Virus record (IMG/VR): IMGVR_UViG_3300020055_000005
Coordinates: 32,001 to 96,000 of that record
Origin: a virus
Direction: 5' to 3' (one strand)
DNA: 64,000 bases
Below the pieces are notes generated by a model. That model was given only the letters and a program-made list of their open reading frames with translations, made no database searches and had not been told where the DNA came from. Both the position numbers and the translations under genes were made by a program. Positions 9,501 to 20,215 of this stretch are shown here, piece by piece (the first letter of the stretch is position 1; the number at the start of each line of letters is the position of its first letter).

Positions 9501-12500
9501 GGTGTTCCTGTCCAAGTGGTTTCCCAATCATTCCAAAGTGTTCCTGTACCATTTCTTCTAAGACCTCGTAATTCTGCTTGAATTGCACTTAAATTAGATA
9601 CTGTTTGGGATGTAGGAGTAATAGAAGATGGTGTTCCAGGCCTTGTATCCATATCAGGACTGAGATTACATGTACCAGTAAATGATGTGACAAGGAATGG
9701 GTTAACATTAATTGATCTAGATGCTTGAGTTACAAACATAGATGTAAATGCTGTATCTGATGCCTTTCTCTCTGTATATGGAAGTGTTAGGAAATCACCT
9801 GTTTGTTGAGTGTGTACTAATGACCCTGCCTCTACTTCCATTGGGAAGTCTTGAGAAACATGAGAAGGTCTCAATTGACCCATTTTCATATCAATAGCGG
9901 CGTTATAATCAGTGTTTAATACATCACTTGCACGTTGATTCCTAAAGTTATCAACTAAGAAACCTGATTTAAATTTATCAAATCCATCTGCATCTAAAAT
10001 TTGTGTAGAACGTGTGTCTGATTCAAGTAATGACAATGTGGTTACTGTTTCTAATGCAGTAACCCTTTGAGATATTCTACCGATATCTCGCATTGTAAAT
10101 CTGCGATGATCTTTAGTTTTAACTCTGATGTCTTTAGGGTCTTTTGTAAATGCAGGTATTTTTAATTCTGCAATCTCTATTGCACCATCAACATGTGGTG
10201 GTCTTGTAGGTGTAATTCCTGCAATACCACTTGCAATTTGGAATTGACCTGATTTGTGCAAGAATAATTTATCAATTCTTGGAACATAAAATTTAAGGTC
10301 ACCTTGAATTGCAGATGCATCTTTAGGTGTAGGCATAATTGCAGGGTTAGTAGAATAATTAAATCCTGTATTAGTTTCTTTCTTATCTCTTGATGATTTA
10401 AAACTTACTCCATCTTCATAAGAAAAGTGTGCATATTCAATGATTGAACTTATACTCGATATATTTGTTAAGTCTACTGTTTGTGTTAAATCTTTATCAT
10501 ATAGTTGTCCTGCAACTGGTCTGTAGTCTAAACAATCTGAAAGTTCAAATGTTCCGTCAGGTTCATTACCTCCCAAGTCAACTCTGTTTGCAGCGTAAAT
10601 AGGAATGTCTTTGTAAGGAACACTATATGAATTTACATCAAAGAATTCTCCTGCACCATGAGAGAAGTAATCAAATACAACCAACACTTCACCAATTGGT
10701 GCAGCTCGTCCTTGTTTTCTAATTAATTTTGAGATACCATAGTATCCATCTTTTTGACCATCGTCAAAAAGGAAACTCTCTGTAATTTCTTTTGAACCTG
10801 CACTAAGTGAATCTATAGTTACCTGAGATTTATTGTTTTGTCCAACTGCAATCTCACCCTCTACAAATCTTTTCTTTGTTAGGTAATAGAAGTATGTTGT
10901 TGCACCTGCATTATAGTCAATTATAATTGCACGTGCATCTGAGGTTTGTCCTTTAATTTCTTCATGCAATTGTAATGCAGGAAAGGTCGCAAGGTCTTCT
11001 TGTAACGTTGCACTAGGAGTTATAGGAGCACTATCTACACCATCATAGATACCACGTATTTTAAATACATCTGCAACACCAAGTGTTATTTCCTGATCAT
11101 CCATTGCAGATGTATAAACACCTGAGTATCCTGCTGATCTTTTACCTGTTATTTTTAATACTCTACCTTTATGAAGTGTTTTTGATTTTCTCTGAGGTGT
11201 TGTTACTAGAACTGAATATGTTATTCTTAACACAACTCCATCATTTGCAGAACCAAAGTCTCCTAGTGTAATAGACTGACCACTACCGTTTGTTGCAGGA
11301 TTAGCGTCTTTATAACTTTCTATATCTAATAGGTCACCCTTACTAAATGTTGGGTTTGATGCTCCTGATATATCAACCACTGCAATTGAGAAGTTATCTG
11401 TATTTTGATCTTCAAATGCACCGTCTTGTTGTGCAATAGTTACTTCACCACTTCCGATAGTTTGTACTGTTTGTTTTTTGATGTGAATTAAATCACATGT
11501 ATGTTCACTGATGAAATCTCTTTCGTATGCGAAAATAGACACTGCTTGTTGAGGTCTATGGATTTGTGATCTAAGTCTAGTACAGGATTCACCAGTAAAT
11601 GATGTCTGTGTATTTGAACCTGAAATTGCACCACCAGTGTTTCTAACTGTCATTGAAGTGTCACTAGTGATTGCAGATACTGTTACTAATTCACCAGTAC
11701 CCAATCTTCTAATAACATCACCTACTCTTAATTGACTTGCAAATAACGTTTCAATACCAGTTACCGTAGCACTGTTTGCAGTAAATGTCAATTGACCTCT
11801 GAGAGAAAATTCTAAATCTTTCTTAATGTCTCCAAAGAAGTATTGTGTACTACCACCTGCAGTTGGTTCTTGAGTAATTAATCCAGCCTGTTCGTAGTTG
11901 AAGTTTACTACCCCATCATTCTGTGAATCTGTAATTGCAAAATCACCTTTACCGATACATGAGATTGCATCATTACCACTAAATGAACCGATTACATCGT
12001 GGATGTATAAACAACTTCTGTTAGGGTCATCGTATGCAATGATACCTGTTGCACCAGTAGCACTACCTGTAACGTGATCACCTGTTTGTGCAGTACCTGT
12101 ATGTGCAGAATAACTAATCTTAGTAAACATTTTTATATCAAATGCAGATAAGTTAAATTCTGTAGTATCTTCGTTATATTCTCCTGCAGTTGATGAACCT
12201 GTATGATGTGTTATGTCTCTTAAACGTGCATAACCGATTTGTTCAGGACTGTTTTGATCTGTTGTTAAGGGTTCTCTATTATTTGCGATAGGGCCATCAG
12301 ATGCATGTGAATCTGAAGTCATGTGATCAGAACCCATGTTCCAAAGTTTACATAGTTTATGTGCTTCTATGTTAGTTGCGTTAATACCCTTTGTGATTTC
12401 AGGTAAACCATGACAGTTAGTAACTCTAATAATGTTACCAACATTTGCAGTTGTCAACATGTCTTCTTCTGAGACTATTGTTCTTGCCTTAGGAAATGGA

Positions 12501-13627
12501 ACTGTTTCTGAACCTGTTTTTGCAACTTCAAAACCTTGTACGTATGCTTTTCCAGGCGACATCTGCATGACAAATTTAGTTTCATCACCACCGACATCTT
12601 TTTTGAACATTCCATTATTTGTTTCATCATTTAAGTGTTCTTTTAATTCGTATTCAAAGTTCTTTAATACAAAATCTCCACTTGCATCATGTGTTCTTCT
12701 TGCCATTGATTTTTCAAGAACATTATATGTTGGGTCAGTAATTTGTACTGCAATGTTACCTTTTTCAACCCTTGCAAGTTCAACAAAGTTTGAGTCTTCT
12801 ATACTATCAACTGGATATTTTTTAAGTGTTAAATCTAATTGTAATCTATCTGCACCAGCAGCGTTCTGATTTGAAGCACCAGTTGCATTGTCTTGTAATG
12901 TAGCATCTTCTGCATTGGAAATTAACTTTTCTTCGATGTTTAAACCAATTTTATAAGTTGGTTGAACACTATATTTTTCCAATATGAGACTTTGTGCATC
13001 TACTTTAATGAAAAAACCTCTGAGATAGATTACACCTTCGTCTAAATCTATCGCAGAACCTTGTCCTGTAGGTTTACTGGTATCACCAGTAGTTAAGACT
13101 TTAAATTCGTTGTTGTTTGTTCCAACAATTGAGTAAACACCAGCTGCGTTTACTGTAACTTCTTGTAATTCTTCTCCCTGTATAAATGTCATACGGTTAT
13201 CAAGACCGTTTACAACATACTTGAGGAACAGAGTCATCTCATCTGTTTGATTGTTTACAGTTTCTTTAGGAGTAGATTTTTTAACTTTTGCGATAACACC
13301 TGAAGTTTTACCCTGAAGAAATTTACCATGGAAGGATGTTCTATAGGTTTCTACATCAGCGTCACCTGCTGTGTTTGGGTTTTCTGTACTTACTTTTACA
13401 TAGTACAATTCGAGATCGATATCAGTTCTGATTCCATCAACGATAGAACCATTTTTAAAAATATGATTACCAAATCTTTCAATTTGGTTTTGAAGAATTG
13501 ATTGTGATTGCGTTAACTCTCTTGCTTGAAGAGGTCTACCTGCCTTAAATAGTATTTTATGATATTTTTTACTATCATCATAATCATCGAAGTAAGGTGC
13601 AATATTTAAATCGGTTTTCTCTGGCAT
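6536..13627 (-). CDS. Giant virion structural protein, VrlC/DUF4815-like
   Basis: NIAPYFDDYD...LFKAGRPLQARELTQSQSILQNQ N-terminus; FKSGFLVDNF; DPVAQSF. Confidence 0.88.
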   Translation of the reverse strand: MPEKTDLNIAPYFDDYDDSKKYHKILFKAGRPLQARELTQSQSILQNQIERFGNHIFKNGSIVDGIRTDIDLELYYVKVSTENPNTAGDADVETYRTSFHGKFLQGKTSGVIAKVKKSTPKETVNNQTDEMTLFLKYVVNGLDNRMTFIQGEELQEVTVNAAGVYSIVGTNNNEFKVLTTGDTSKPTGQGSAIDLDEGVIYLRGFFIKVDAQSLILEKYSVQPTYKIGLNIEEKLISNAEDATLQDNATGASNQNAAGADRLQLDLTLKKYPVDSIEDSNFVELARVEKGNIAVQITDPTYNVLEKSMARRTHDASGDFVLKNFEYELKEHLNDETNNGMFKKDVGGDETKFVMQMSPGKAYVQGFEVAKTGSETVPFPKARTIVSEEDMLTTANVGNIIRVTNCHGLPEITKGINATNIEAHKLCKLWNMGSDHMTSDSHASDGPIANNREPLTTDQNSPEQIGYARLRDITHHTGSSTAGEYNEDTTEFNLSAFDIKMFTKISYSAHTGTAQTGDHVTGSATGATGIIAYDDPNRSCLYIHDVIGSFSGNDAISCIGKGDFAITDSQNDGVVNFNYEQAGLITQEPTAGGSTQYFFGDIKKDLEFSLRGQLTFTANSATVTGIETLFASQLRVGDVIRRLGTGELVTVSAITSDTSMTVRNTGGAISGSNTQTSFTGESCTRLRSQIHRPQQAVSIFAYERDFISEHTCDLIHIKKQTVQTIGSGEVTIAQQDGAFEDQNTDNFSIAVVDISGASNPTFSKGDLLDIESYKDANPATNGSGQSITLGDFGSANDGVVLRITYSVLVTTPQRKSKTLHKGRVLKITGKRSAGYSGVYTSAMDDQEITLGVADVFKIRGIYDGVDSAPITPSATLQEDLATFPALQLHEEIKGQTSDARAIIIDYNAGATTYFYYLTKKRFVEGEIAVGQNNKSQVTIDSLSAGSKEITESFLFDDGQKDGYYGISKLIRKQGRAAPIGEVLVVFDYFSHGAGEFFDVNSYSVPYKDIPIYAANRVDLGGNEPDGTFELSDCLDYRPVAGQLYDKDLTQTVDLTNISSISSIIEYAHFSYEDGVSFKSSRDKKETNTGFNYSTNPAIMPTPKDASAIQGDLKFYVPRIDKLFLHKSGQFQIASGIAGITPTRPPHVDGAIEIAELKIPAFTKDPKDIRVKTKDHRRFTMRDIGRISQRVTALETVTTLSLLESDTRSTQILDADGFDKFKSGFLVDNFRNQRASDVLNTDYNAAIDMKMGQLRPSHVSQDFPMEVEAGSLVHTQQTGDFLTLPYTERKASDTAFTSMFVTQASRSINVNPFLVTSFTGTCNLSPDMDTRPGTPSSITPTSQTVSNLSAIQAELRGLRRNGTGTLWNDWETTWTGTPVTTTEPMISTSGSWSGSAEQGGEWQPGIDLTREITETPEVQARNGMMFDYATDVSVDERNRVRNIQLERFMKQRTITVTCQGLKPNTYHYVYFDGIDVSTRMRSERWTYGSPSATYYYSPSHTSGTLGNTGAQLQTDANGRLKARFYLRANTFTSGTKELIVTSQKYNSPNPVSSATALYTSTGMVANIDRHTVTTRTSRITRVPTNDSRTITTRGETINATFNESDPGPNPFTELDDRIDDLQTQIDEIGAEDPEGPGDGPLISDGGDDPNWPPNLPPGFPPIDIGDFRFDAGMFPTGIWFDPVAQSFAAPESVGTNMVLTSIDLYFKTKDVNKEITVELRGMENGYPTQTPIPLSVVTKTPDEINVSEDASAVTKFTFENPIIIKSQMEYCFVVYTSSDQYEIWYAHAGDKDIANGLEVAVAASNMGSMFVSQNSSTWTARQEDDIKYCLNYAEFDIAQSSSFNLTNADIPWYNADETIDINSTDEDDVENHIPENPISTVADSSSITMQSFFHGHYNTSSNVQINGVIGDRNGGVYRISDATDSGTLPVDGTYNLIHGTLPYNTGTSSTLGSDNVSISAVKADTTPSDGNTTGTGVAFRITVSTSNGVSDITACKILQAGDNFAVGDVVTVTVGSSWSFTTTVEGIGQTLGGIPVRAINTSTDDSHTSIGADFTIDTFSFTPNLSATAVQSDVDANSDITTIGQALFPDYVSDYKATDTTVGGGRNVVTSKNIYYDGIHTQVQNILCANTGMFINAVGTPMNSPEGYIDGTVYQRRISGDNVTLNENAFFSRPSIIASRINEINEMSSGRSLQLKCMMFSRNQYISPFVDTQTLGGIAFANRINGLQKNSNDNSFSSSINISQESLGEDNAFCYVTKKINLKNPATGIRVMFDCMKNAGTDVKVLFKTVKVDDERKFDEIGYEFFNTDGSPDSQIGADGRNFKEYEYNVEDLPEFSSFIIKIVGQGYNTSKPPLISAFRAIATG

Positions 13628-13650
13628 ATCCTATCTCTTATAAGTTATTT

Positions 13651-13675
13651 ATTTGACCCCAAAATGAGGTCAAAT
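13651..13675 (-). terminator. Intergenic hairpin (terminator or processing site)
   Basis: ATTTGACC...GGTCAAAT inverted repeat between gp8 and VrlC-like gene. Confidence 0.4.
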
Positions 13676-13677
13676 GA

Positions 13678-15150
13678 TTACATTTCGACGATAAGTTTAA
13701 TATCTTCGATCTGATCAGCGGCACGTGTTACTGCACCTCTGTTTTCAATATACATGATGTTTCCACTGTATCTTTCTACTTCAGGATGAACTGTACTGAT
13801 ACCACTGGAACCAATTGTTGCAACTTCAACTGCATCAACATATACAGAATCTGAGTTTACAAAACTCACATATTGTCCACCTGAGTTTGCAACAGGTATG
13901 TATTTGACAATTGCATTTGTTGAATCGACAGATACCACTCTACCAACTGCTACTGATGCACCATTTGTTTGTGCATTTTGAATTAAGTCATCAACACTGA
14001 TATTTGCAACGTTTGATGCAACAAATTGATGATATGCAGTCAATGTATCACTTGTAGATACGGTAGTTGTTCCTAGATTGAATGGGTCTTGAATTAGACC
14101 AATTCTTCTGAAGTCGTTATCTGTTGGGAAGTCACCTGCACCTTCGTTAAACTCTAATCTTGAGTTGACAATAATGTAGTTACCACCTAGTTCTTCTACA
14201 GGGTCTGCACCATGTCCAATTAACGGTGATATAATAACTTTTACAGCACCATTTGAACCTGCCCCAATACCTGATATACTTGCGATATCGACTGATGCAC
14301 GTTTATAACCTGAACCTTCTGTTGATACTTCAACGTGTGAAATTGCACCACCCACTACGTGAACTGTACATACACCGTTTTGACCGTCACCTAAAATAGG
14401 GACTCCTGTATATCCTGAAGAAGGAGAGTCGTTATAACCTGTTCCACCAGCAGTTACCACAATGTGATGCACAGCACCATCAACTGCTTGGTTTTCAACA
14501 TCCCATTGAGATGAACCATCATCGGTGGCAGCAGTACCGAGTCCAGTTTCACCATAAATTTCTGTTTGAGCACCAAGTGTCTTAACAGGGATGAAATCGT
14601 TTGTTACGAATTTAATTGTATCTGAAGCGGAGACTGAGTACATATATTTCCAAATGTATCCTCTACCAGTTGCGGCACCTGTATCAGATGTCTCGACTAA
14701 TGAAGTTGGACTTGTACCTGAAGGTTTAACAGTTGAAGCAACCACTGAACCACTAGAATCTCTACCAGTTCTAATACACTTGTATACGTGATACTCATCT
14801 GTAATTACATAGAATGTTGCATCATACAAGTTAGTAGCACCTGATGCTACGCCTGGGTTTGATGAAGAGATATCATGTTGATACTCATCATAAGATGTAT
14901 TCTCTGCCCAGTTTCTTCTAACTAAACCGTGTGATACATCGGCTGTAGTTACTTTCTTGAGTGCAATCATATCTGAGAATGCATCTACTTCTTCTCCTAC
15001 TGAGTTTGCAGGTGAAGGAGGTGAATTCTCATCCGTCCAGTCGAATGAACGACCAATAAAAACATACGTTGAAGAAGCTGCTTCTCCAAAGTCTTCTCTG
15101 AATTGTTTCGCATTGTGGACACGAAACTTTTCTGTTATAATAGCTGCCAT
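13678..15150 (-). CDS. gp8: Baseplate wedge subunit
   Basis: MAAIITEKFRVHNA, YKC, GYIWKYMY, DFRRIGLI.DP, YIENR...EDIKLIVE. Confidence 0.92.
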   Translation of the reverse strand: MAAIITEKFRVHNAKQFREDFGEAASSTYVFIGRSFDWTDENSPPSPANSVGEEVDAFSDMIALKKVTTADVSHGLVRRNWAENTSYDEYQHDISSSNPGVASGATNLYDATFYVITDEYHVYKCIRTGRDSSGSVVASTVKPSGTSPTSLVETSDTGAATGRGYIWKYMYSVSASDTIKFVTNDFIPVKTLGAQTEIYGETGLGTAATDDGSSQWDVENQAVDGAVHHIVVTAGGTGYNDSPSSGYTGVPILGDGQNGVCTVHVVGGAISHVEVSTEGSGYKRASVDIASISGIGAGSNGAVKVIISPLIGHGADPVEELGGNYIIVNSRLEFNEGAGDFPTDNDFRRIGLIQDPFNLGTTTVSTSDTLTAYHQFVASNVANISVDDLIQNAQTNGASVAVGRVVSVDSTNAIVKYIPVANSGGQYVSFVNSDSVYVDAVEVATIGSSGISTVHPEVERYSGNIMYIENRGAVTRAADQIEDIKLIVEM

Positions 15151-15169
15151 TTTTAATAATCTCCTAAGA

Positions 15170-15188
15170 TATTTATATACTATTTATA
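15170..15188 (-). promoter_or_regulatory. Tandem late promoters (TATAAATA x2)
   Basis: Copies at 15170-15177 and 15181-15188. Confidence 0.75.
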
Positions 15189-15191
15189 AAC

Positions 15192-18100
15192 CTACGCAGA
15201 ATTTACATAGGCACTAAATGCAATATTTGTTCTTTTTCTTTCATGAAGTGGGTAATCAGGAATATGCATTGCAGGAAAGTAAGTTTCATAATCTGAAATT
15301 CTAATACCTTCTGATTTAGTTTCTTCAGACATGAATACACCTGTTCCATCTTCTAATAAGAAGTCATCATTATCCGTCTCATCTTTGATGAAGTACGCAA
15401 TACGATAACTTCTTTGACTCTGTATTTTATTTAGTGTTCGTAAAGTATGGCCTAAAGGTGTAAATGTACTAATGTTATTTTCTGAAGATAGTTCATGCAC
15501 CATCGGTGATTCATCTTCCATAACAAGTCTATTCCAATCCTCAGTATATAAATTGTTATCAAATAAATCTATTGATCTTTCACTAACAAAATAATGAGTT
15601 TCCATCTCTACTGTTGCACTTTCTAAAATTGCAACATCGTCATTTTCTAATCTAATACGATCACCATGTGTTCCTTTTACATTTGCATCTTTATCAGGTT
15701 CAAATCGTATATGGTGTACGTGTTCTTCTAATAAAATTTTATGACCATCTTCTAATACAAGTATTTCATCTTCTTTAGTATATGATGAGAATATCTTTCC
15801 TTGGTCTGATGGTCTTCTTTCAGGTGTAGACCCAAACTGATTTATTGGTGTTTGCATCTCTCCATGGTTGTCATCTGAACGACATAGGTTCAAGACTGAC
15901 ATCATGTCATCCAGTCTAGGTGAATACTGAACTGGAGTATGTGCGAGTGATGCTATAACATTAACGTTAAAGTGTCTGTTCTTACTTTCTGTGTCATAGT
16001 ATTCTGCACGTTCACCTAAGTCAATACCAGCAGGGTTAGTAATATGGTCGACACCAAGTACCGTTCCAGTTGTATTAACTCCATTTGTTACAACTGCTGA
16101 TGTTGTTGTTAATGGATATGACACTGAAGTGTCTACTGTTGGTGTGTTGTTCTCTAATCCAGCAGGCATTAACACCAATAATGGGTCAGGTGTAGTGTCT
16201 TCCATTCGGAAGTAGTTTGATTGACCTGAAATAAATCCTGTTGTCTTATCTTCCAATACAGGTTTATACCCATCTTCAAATATAATATCTCCGTGTGGGA
16301 AAAAGTCATGTAACTCAATTTCTCTACTTGAGTTATAGAATGCTTGTGATATTCTAGTAGAGTCAAGTTCTTGAATCATTCCTCCACCACTAATATAACC
16401 ATCCATCTGATCGTAGAAACCATCTAAGAGAATTCTACCTAAAGATTGTCCAAATGTTTGAGAGTTGATATCCTGATCGTCCTCTAGAACAATATTAAAT
16501 TCTTCAGTATCACCGTGGATGATAATTGTAGGTCTAAAAGTAGTTTGAAGATCAAGTGAATTATCAATTGGGTCACCAGTTACTGGGTCTCTATCGACTG
16601 GTATGTTTACATTAGTAAGTGTAGTATCTTCACCGAACTGAGAGTTAGTGTCAGCAGAGACCACAACCTTTTTAATTGCAACTTCACCAAAGAAGATATG
16701 TCCAGCAGGATGTAATAAATCTTTTACTGCGGCTCTCCACTTGTTGATTGATTCTCCAATCTTAACAACATAGGAGTGTGATTGATAATAAAGGTTATCG
16801 TGTATATTAGATGCAGTTACAGATAACTGTCCTCTGTCACCTAGTGTACCTTCTTCAATAATACCTTCACCACCAACTAAACCTCTTCCGTCAAAACGGA
16901 AGTTCTTGATAACTTCAAAGGAATCTGTAAGATTAAAGTTAACCTCTTCTCCATCTAAGAAGTCACCATCTAAATCTGTATATGTTAATATGTGTCTGTC
17001 ACTATCATAACTAACAACTGATGCAGTTGTACCTGATGCTTCACCAGTTATTACAATTCCAGTAGTTAGACTTGTTGAAGGTGTTTTAATTAACATAGGA
17101 TGGTGAGATGATGATGCAACTAAACCATCTTCACTAAAGTTATAACCTTGTGATTCTATATTAATCGAACCAACACCACCGATAGTACTTGACCATGCAA
17201 ATAGTTTTGCACCTGTACCACTTGATACGTTTACTTGTTTTGCAGTTTGTTGATTTAAAGATACTGCACCTTTTATGATTTTACTTGCAACGAAAGTTCC
17301 TGTGTCTGTTGATCTTCTTGCAACTATTAATCTGTTTCTATCTTTTTCAATTTTTAAAAGTAGACCAGTTGCACTAACTGTAACACCGTCACCTTCTATT
17401 TGTTGAAGTTCTTCTCCTAGTTGATACCCACTTAAATCATCAACAAAAATATATCCACCAGTGTAAACTTTCGGTACTGTTCTATACCCATGTCCACCGT
17501 TATGAATATTAATTGTTCTAATTCTTGAATCGGTTGTTTCTAAATTGATGCGAGTTCCGTCTTCGTATGTTAGATTATTGAATTCTTGATAGATATCAAC
17601 TGTTTCTCCTCCTACTAGAGGTGTGTTTAAAACAATCCTATCATTTTTTCTTGTATAACCTAATACTGCATCACTTCTTGCATATTCGATTCCATCAACA
17701 AAGACTCTAACCTTCTCATCATTAAAGATGAGATTGAAACCATGATTGTCTTTACCAGTAAATAATGTTTGACCTGCAGTTGCTGTGAACTCAAATTGAC
17801 CATATACATCTTTATTTTCTAAAATTATTTCATCACCAACTGAACCAATAATTGCACTTGCACTTCCAGCTCCTTGTTGACCTGCATCATCAAACACCAA
17901 TTGTTGTGGTAGACCAATTTGTAAAATGTCTCCACTACTTAAACTTAATTTTTCATTGACTCTCATAGATGTTCTATCATCTGAGATTTCAACTACTTGT
18001 ACTCTTGGAAGATATGTACCAAAAACTTCTTGACCAACTCTGATTGAAGTGTCTAATGGTTGAGAGAAAATAAGTAAATCAGAACTTGTTGATTGTTCAG

Positions 18101-19721
18101 AAACTACTTTGTTTCCATCTTCATAGACGAGGTCTTGTAAATCTTCTGTTAACAGTTGATCAACTGTACCATCACAAACTGCAGTGAATGTGTTATGGAA
18201 TCCAGTACCTGCATCTTCAATGTAAATGTGTTCGATTCCACCACCGACTAGTGCATCTACAATACCTGTTGCTTTGACTGCATCTTTATCTCTATTTGAA
18301 CCAACAAAATCTATTCTATCATTAAGTTTATAGAGTGAACCTCTTTGATCAAGTTCGTATACAATACCTGAACTTGCATTTCTAATAATAGTGTCATTAG
18401 GAACGTCAGTTTCCAAACCTGTACCAAAAGGTTGATTTATTTGTTCAATAGTAAGTATACTTAAATCTTTAATATCAATAATACGATATTGTGTAGTGTG
18501 ATTATCAAACTCAACAATATCACCTTCACTAAATTTACCCACATAACTACCACCATTATCCTCTGAGATAATGTTAATGTTTATTTCTTGTTTACCTTGT
18601 AGTTGTTCTTGGGTAGTTTTAGATAGAATTGTTGTTTCTAACACTACAGTGTCTTCGTCATCCGTTTTCATATACGTACTTGACTGTCCGTATTTTACGT
18701 CACTAACGACACCTAAGATTCTTGCGAACTCACTTGTAACACCATCTCTATCTAAAAGTGTTACAGTTCCATTGTTTGTAAAGGTACCTATGTGATTGTC
18801 TGTTATCTCTAATGAGTAAATACCTTTATCTGATTCTAATACATATACGTTTTCAACTATAGACTCTGCAACTTTAACTGTAGACCCAGGCTCATATTGT
18901 ACAATCTTGTCTGTTGCGACAGGTAATGCACTTTCATTTTCCATCCTGATGACCATACGTCTTCTCTGACTAAAGTCAGATGTTGACAGATGAAGTGTCT
19001 CATCTACAGGATAACGTATTTCAGCGTCCTCTGCAAAGAGGATACGCATTAAAAACTTGAGTGACTCTTCTGTTCCTTTCTTCTTGTATAAAGAAGTCAT
19101 ATTCTTTATTGCAAGACGTTTACTCTTAATGTTATTAATGTTTAATGAAGGAACAAAGTCTTTCGTAAAATACTCTAAGAATTGTTCAGTTGTATGATCA
19201 ATATCTGAATAATCTAAGAGTCTGTTTTGTGCGAGTATGGTATTTTCTTTATATGTTTTTACAACACCAGTACGATTACCATCTCGTCCTTGTATAGTTT
19301 CGCCTGGCGCAAATCCATTTCCTGATATTGCATTTAGATATAACGTAAGTCCGTTGATAACTGTTACCTGTGCAACGGAACCACTGGTTTGACCAATGAT
19401 ATATTCTCCAACTTGAAACGGTTCAACCCCAACTAGTACACTATTAATACTTTTGGTTTTTTCTTGAACAATTTTAGATGTTGCAGAATCAGGAGATGGT
19501 GCAGTGGTAAAGGGTTCCAAAAGAATGGAACCCTGACCATCTTCTAAAAGAATGTCCCCTATCTCTTCTTCAGATTCGAGGACAATTATTTCGGATTCTA
19601 GATACTCAAAATATGCTTTTAAAAACTGTTCGAATGCAGGAGATTCCTCCTGAATAAAATTCGGTATCAGTTGCGATAATCTATGAGATAGTTTATCTAT
19701 TACAAAGTTATCGTGAGACAT
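15192..19721 (-). CDS. gp7: Baseplate wedge initiator
   Basis: F.QFLKAYFEYLE; YKKKGTEESLKFLMRILF; YYQSHSYVVK...LLHPAG; lies between gp6 and gp8. Confidence 0.85.
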   Translation of the reverse strand: MSHDNFVIDKLSHRLSQLIPNFIQEESPAFEQFLKAYFEYLESEIIVLESEEEIGDILLEDGQGSILLEPFTTAPSPDSATSKIVQEKTKSINSVLVGVEPFQVGEYIIGQTSGSVAQVTVINGLTLYLNAISGNGFAPGETIQGRDGNRTGVVKTYKENTILAQNRLLDYSDIDHTTEQFLEYFTKDFVPSLNINNIKSKRLAIKNMTSLYKKKGTEESLKFLMRILFAEDAEIRYPVDETLHLSTSDFSQRRRMVIRMENESALPVATDKIVQYEPGSTVKVAESIVENVYVLESDKGIYSLEITDNHIGTFTNNGTVTLLDRDGVTSEFARILGVVSDVKYGQSSTYMKTDDEDTVVLETTILSKTTQEQLQGKQEININIISEDNGGSYVGKFSEGDIVEFDNHTTQYRIIDIKDLSILTIEQINQPFGTGLETDVPNDTIIRNASSGIVYELDQRGSLYKLNDRIDFVGSNRDKDAVKATGIVDALVGGGIEHIYIEDAGTGFHNTFTAVCDGTVDQLLTEDLQDLVYEDGNKVVSEQSTSSDLLIFSQPLDTSIRVGQEVFGTYLPRVQVVEISDDRTSMRVNEKLSLSSGDILQIGLPQQLVFDDAGQQGAGSASAIIGSVGDEIILENKDVYGQFEFTATAGQTLFTGKDNHGFNLIFNDEKVRVFVDGIEYARSDAVLGYTRKNDRIVLNTPLVGGETVDIYQEFNNLTYEDGTRINLETTDSRIRTINIHNGGHGYRTVPKVYTGGYIFVDDLSGYQLGEELQQIEGDGVTVSATGLLLKIEKDRNRLIVARRSTDTGTFVASKIIKGAVSLNQQTAKQVNVSSGTGAKLFAWSSTIGGVGSINIESQGYNFSEDGLVASSSHHPMLIKTPSTSLTTGIVITGEASGTTASVVSYDSDRHILTYTDLDGDFLDGEEVNFNLTDSFEVIKNFRFDGRGLVGGEGIIEEGTLGDRGQLSVTASNIHDNLYYQSHSYVVKIGESINKWRAAVKDLLHPAGHIFFGEVAIKKVVVSADTNSQFGEDTTLTNVNIPVDRDPVTGDPIDNSLDLQTTFRPTIIIHGDTEEFNIVLEDDQDINSQTFGQSLGRILLDGFYDQMDGYISGGGMIQELDSTRISQAFYNSSREIELHDFFPHGDIIFEDGYKPVLEDKTTGFISGQSNYFRMEDTTPDPLLVLMPAGLENNTPTVDTSVSYPLTTTSAVVTNGVNTTGTVLGVDHITNPAGIDLGERAEYYDTESKNRHFNVNVIASLAHTPVQYSPRLDDMMSVLNLCRSDDNHGEMQTPINQFGSTPERRPSDQGKIFSSYTKEDEILVLEDGHKILLEEHVHHIRFEPDKDANVKGTHGDRIRLENDDVAILESATVEMETHYFVSERSIDLFDNNLYTEDWNRLVMEDESPMVHELSSENNISTFTPLGHTLRTLNKIQSQRSYRIAYFIKDETDNDDFLLEDGTGVFMSEETKSEGIRISDYETYFPAMHIPDYPLHERKRTNIAFSAYVNSA

Positions 19722-19738
19722 CTAGATTAAGTTCCTAT

Positions 19739-20215
19739 TTAAGCAACAACAATAGTTGCATTGTTGTTAGCAACTGGTAACCATACAGAACCGTTCCAAA
19801 TTAAAACACATCCATCTCCAGCATCTTCTAGTTGAATCTGAGGCGCAGATGCACCTGAAGCGAACCATGAAGATACAGTAATGTCTGCATCATAAGAAGC
19901 ATGCATTCCTGAACATGCGATGATTTTAATTTGACCAACATCAGTACCATTGTCTAATGTGAATGCAACGTCTGCTGAGAAGTTAGTACCATCGATGATG
20001 GTAATTGCAGTTGCAGCTAAATCTGTTGCAGCTGCTGTCTCAGTTGAGATGTCATTCAATGCAAGGTGAGTTGGAACGTTTTCAAAAAGTTGACCGATAG
20101 TCATCTTTTTGTTTACTGGGGTACCACTTGGGTTATCTACGATATGCAACAAGTCATCTGACCCAATATCTGAATCTGCGACTGATGATAACGCACTAAT
20201 TTTTTTATCTGCCAT
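19739..20215 (-). CDS. Virion structural protein
   Basis: MADKKISALS...DDLLHIVD motif; strong AGGAGG SD. Confidence 0.65.
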   Translation of the reverse strand: MADKKISALSSVADSDIGSDDLLHIVDNPSGTPVNKKMTIGQLFENVPTHLALNDISTETAAATDLAATAITIIDGTNFSADVAFTLDNGTDVGQIKIIACSGMHASYDADITVSSWFASGASAPQIQLEDAGDGCVLIWNGSVWLPVANNNATIVVA

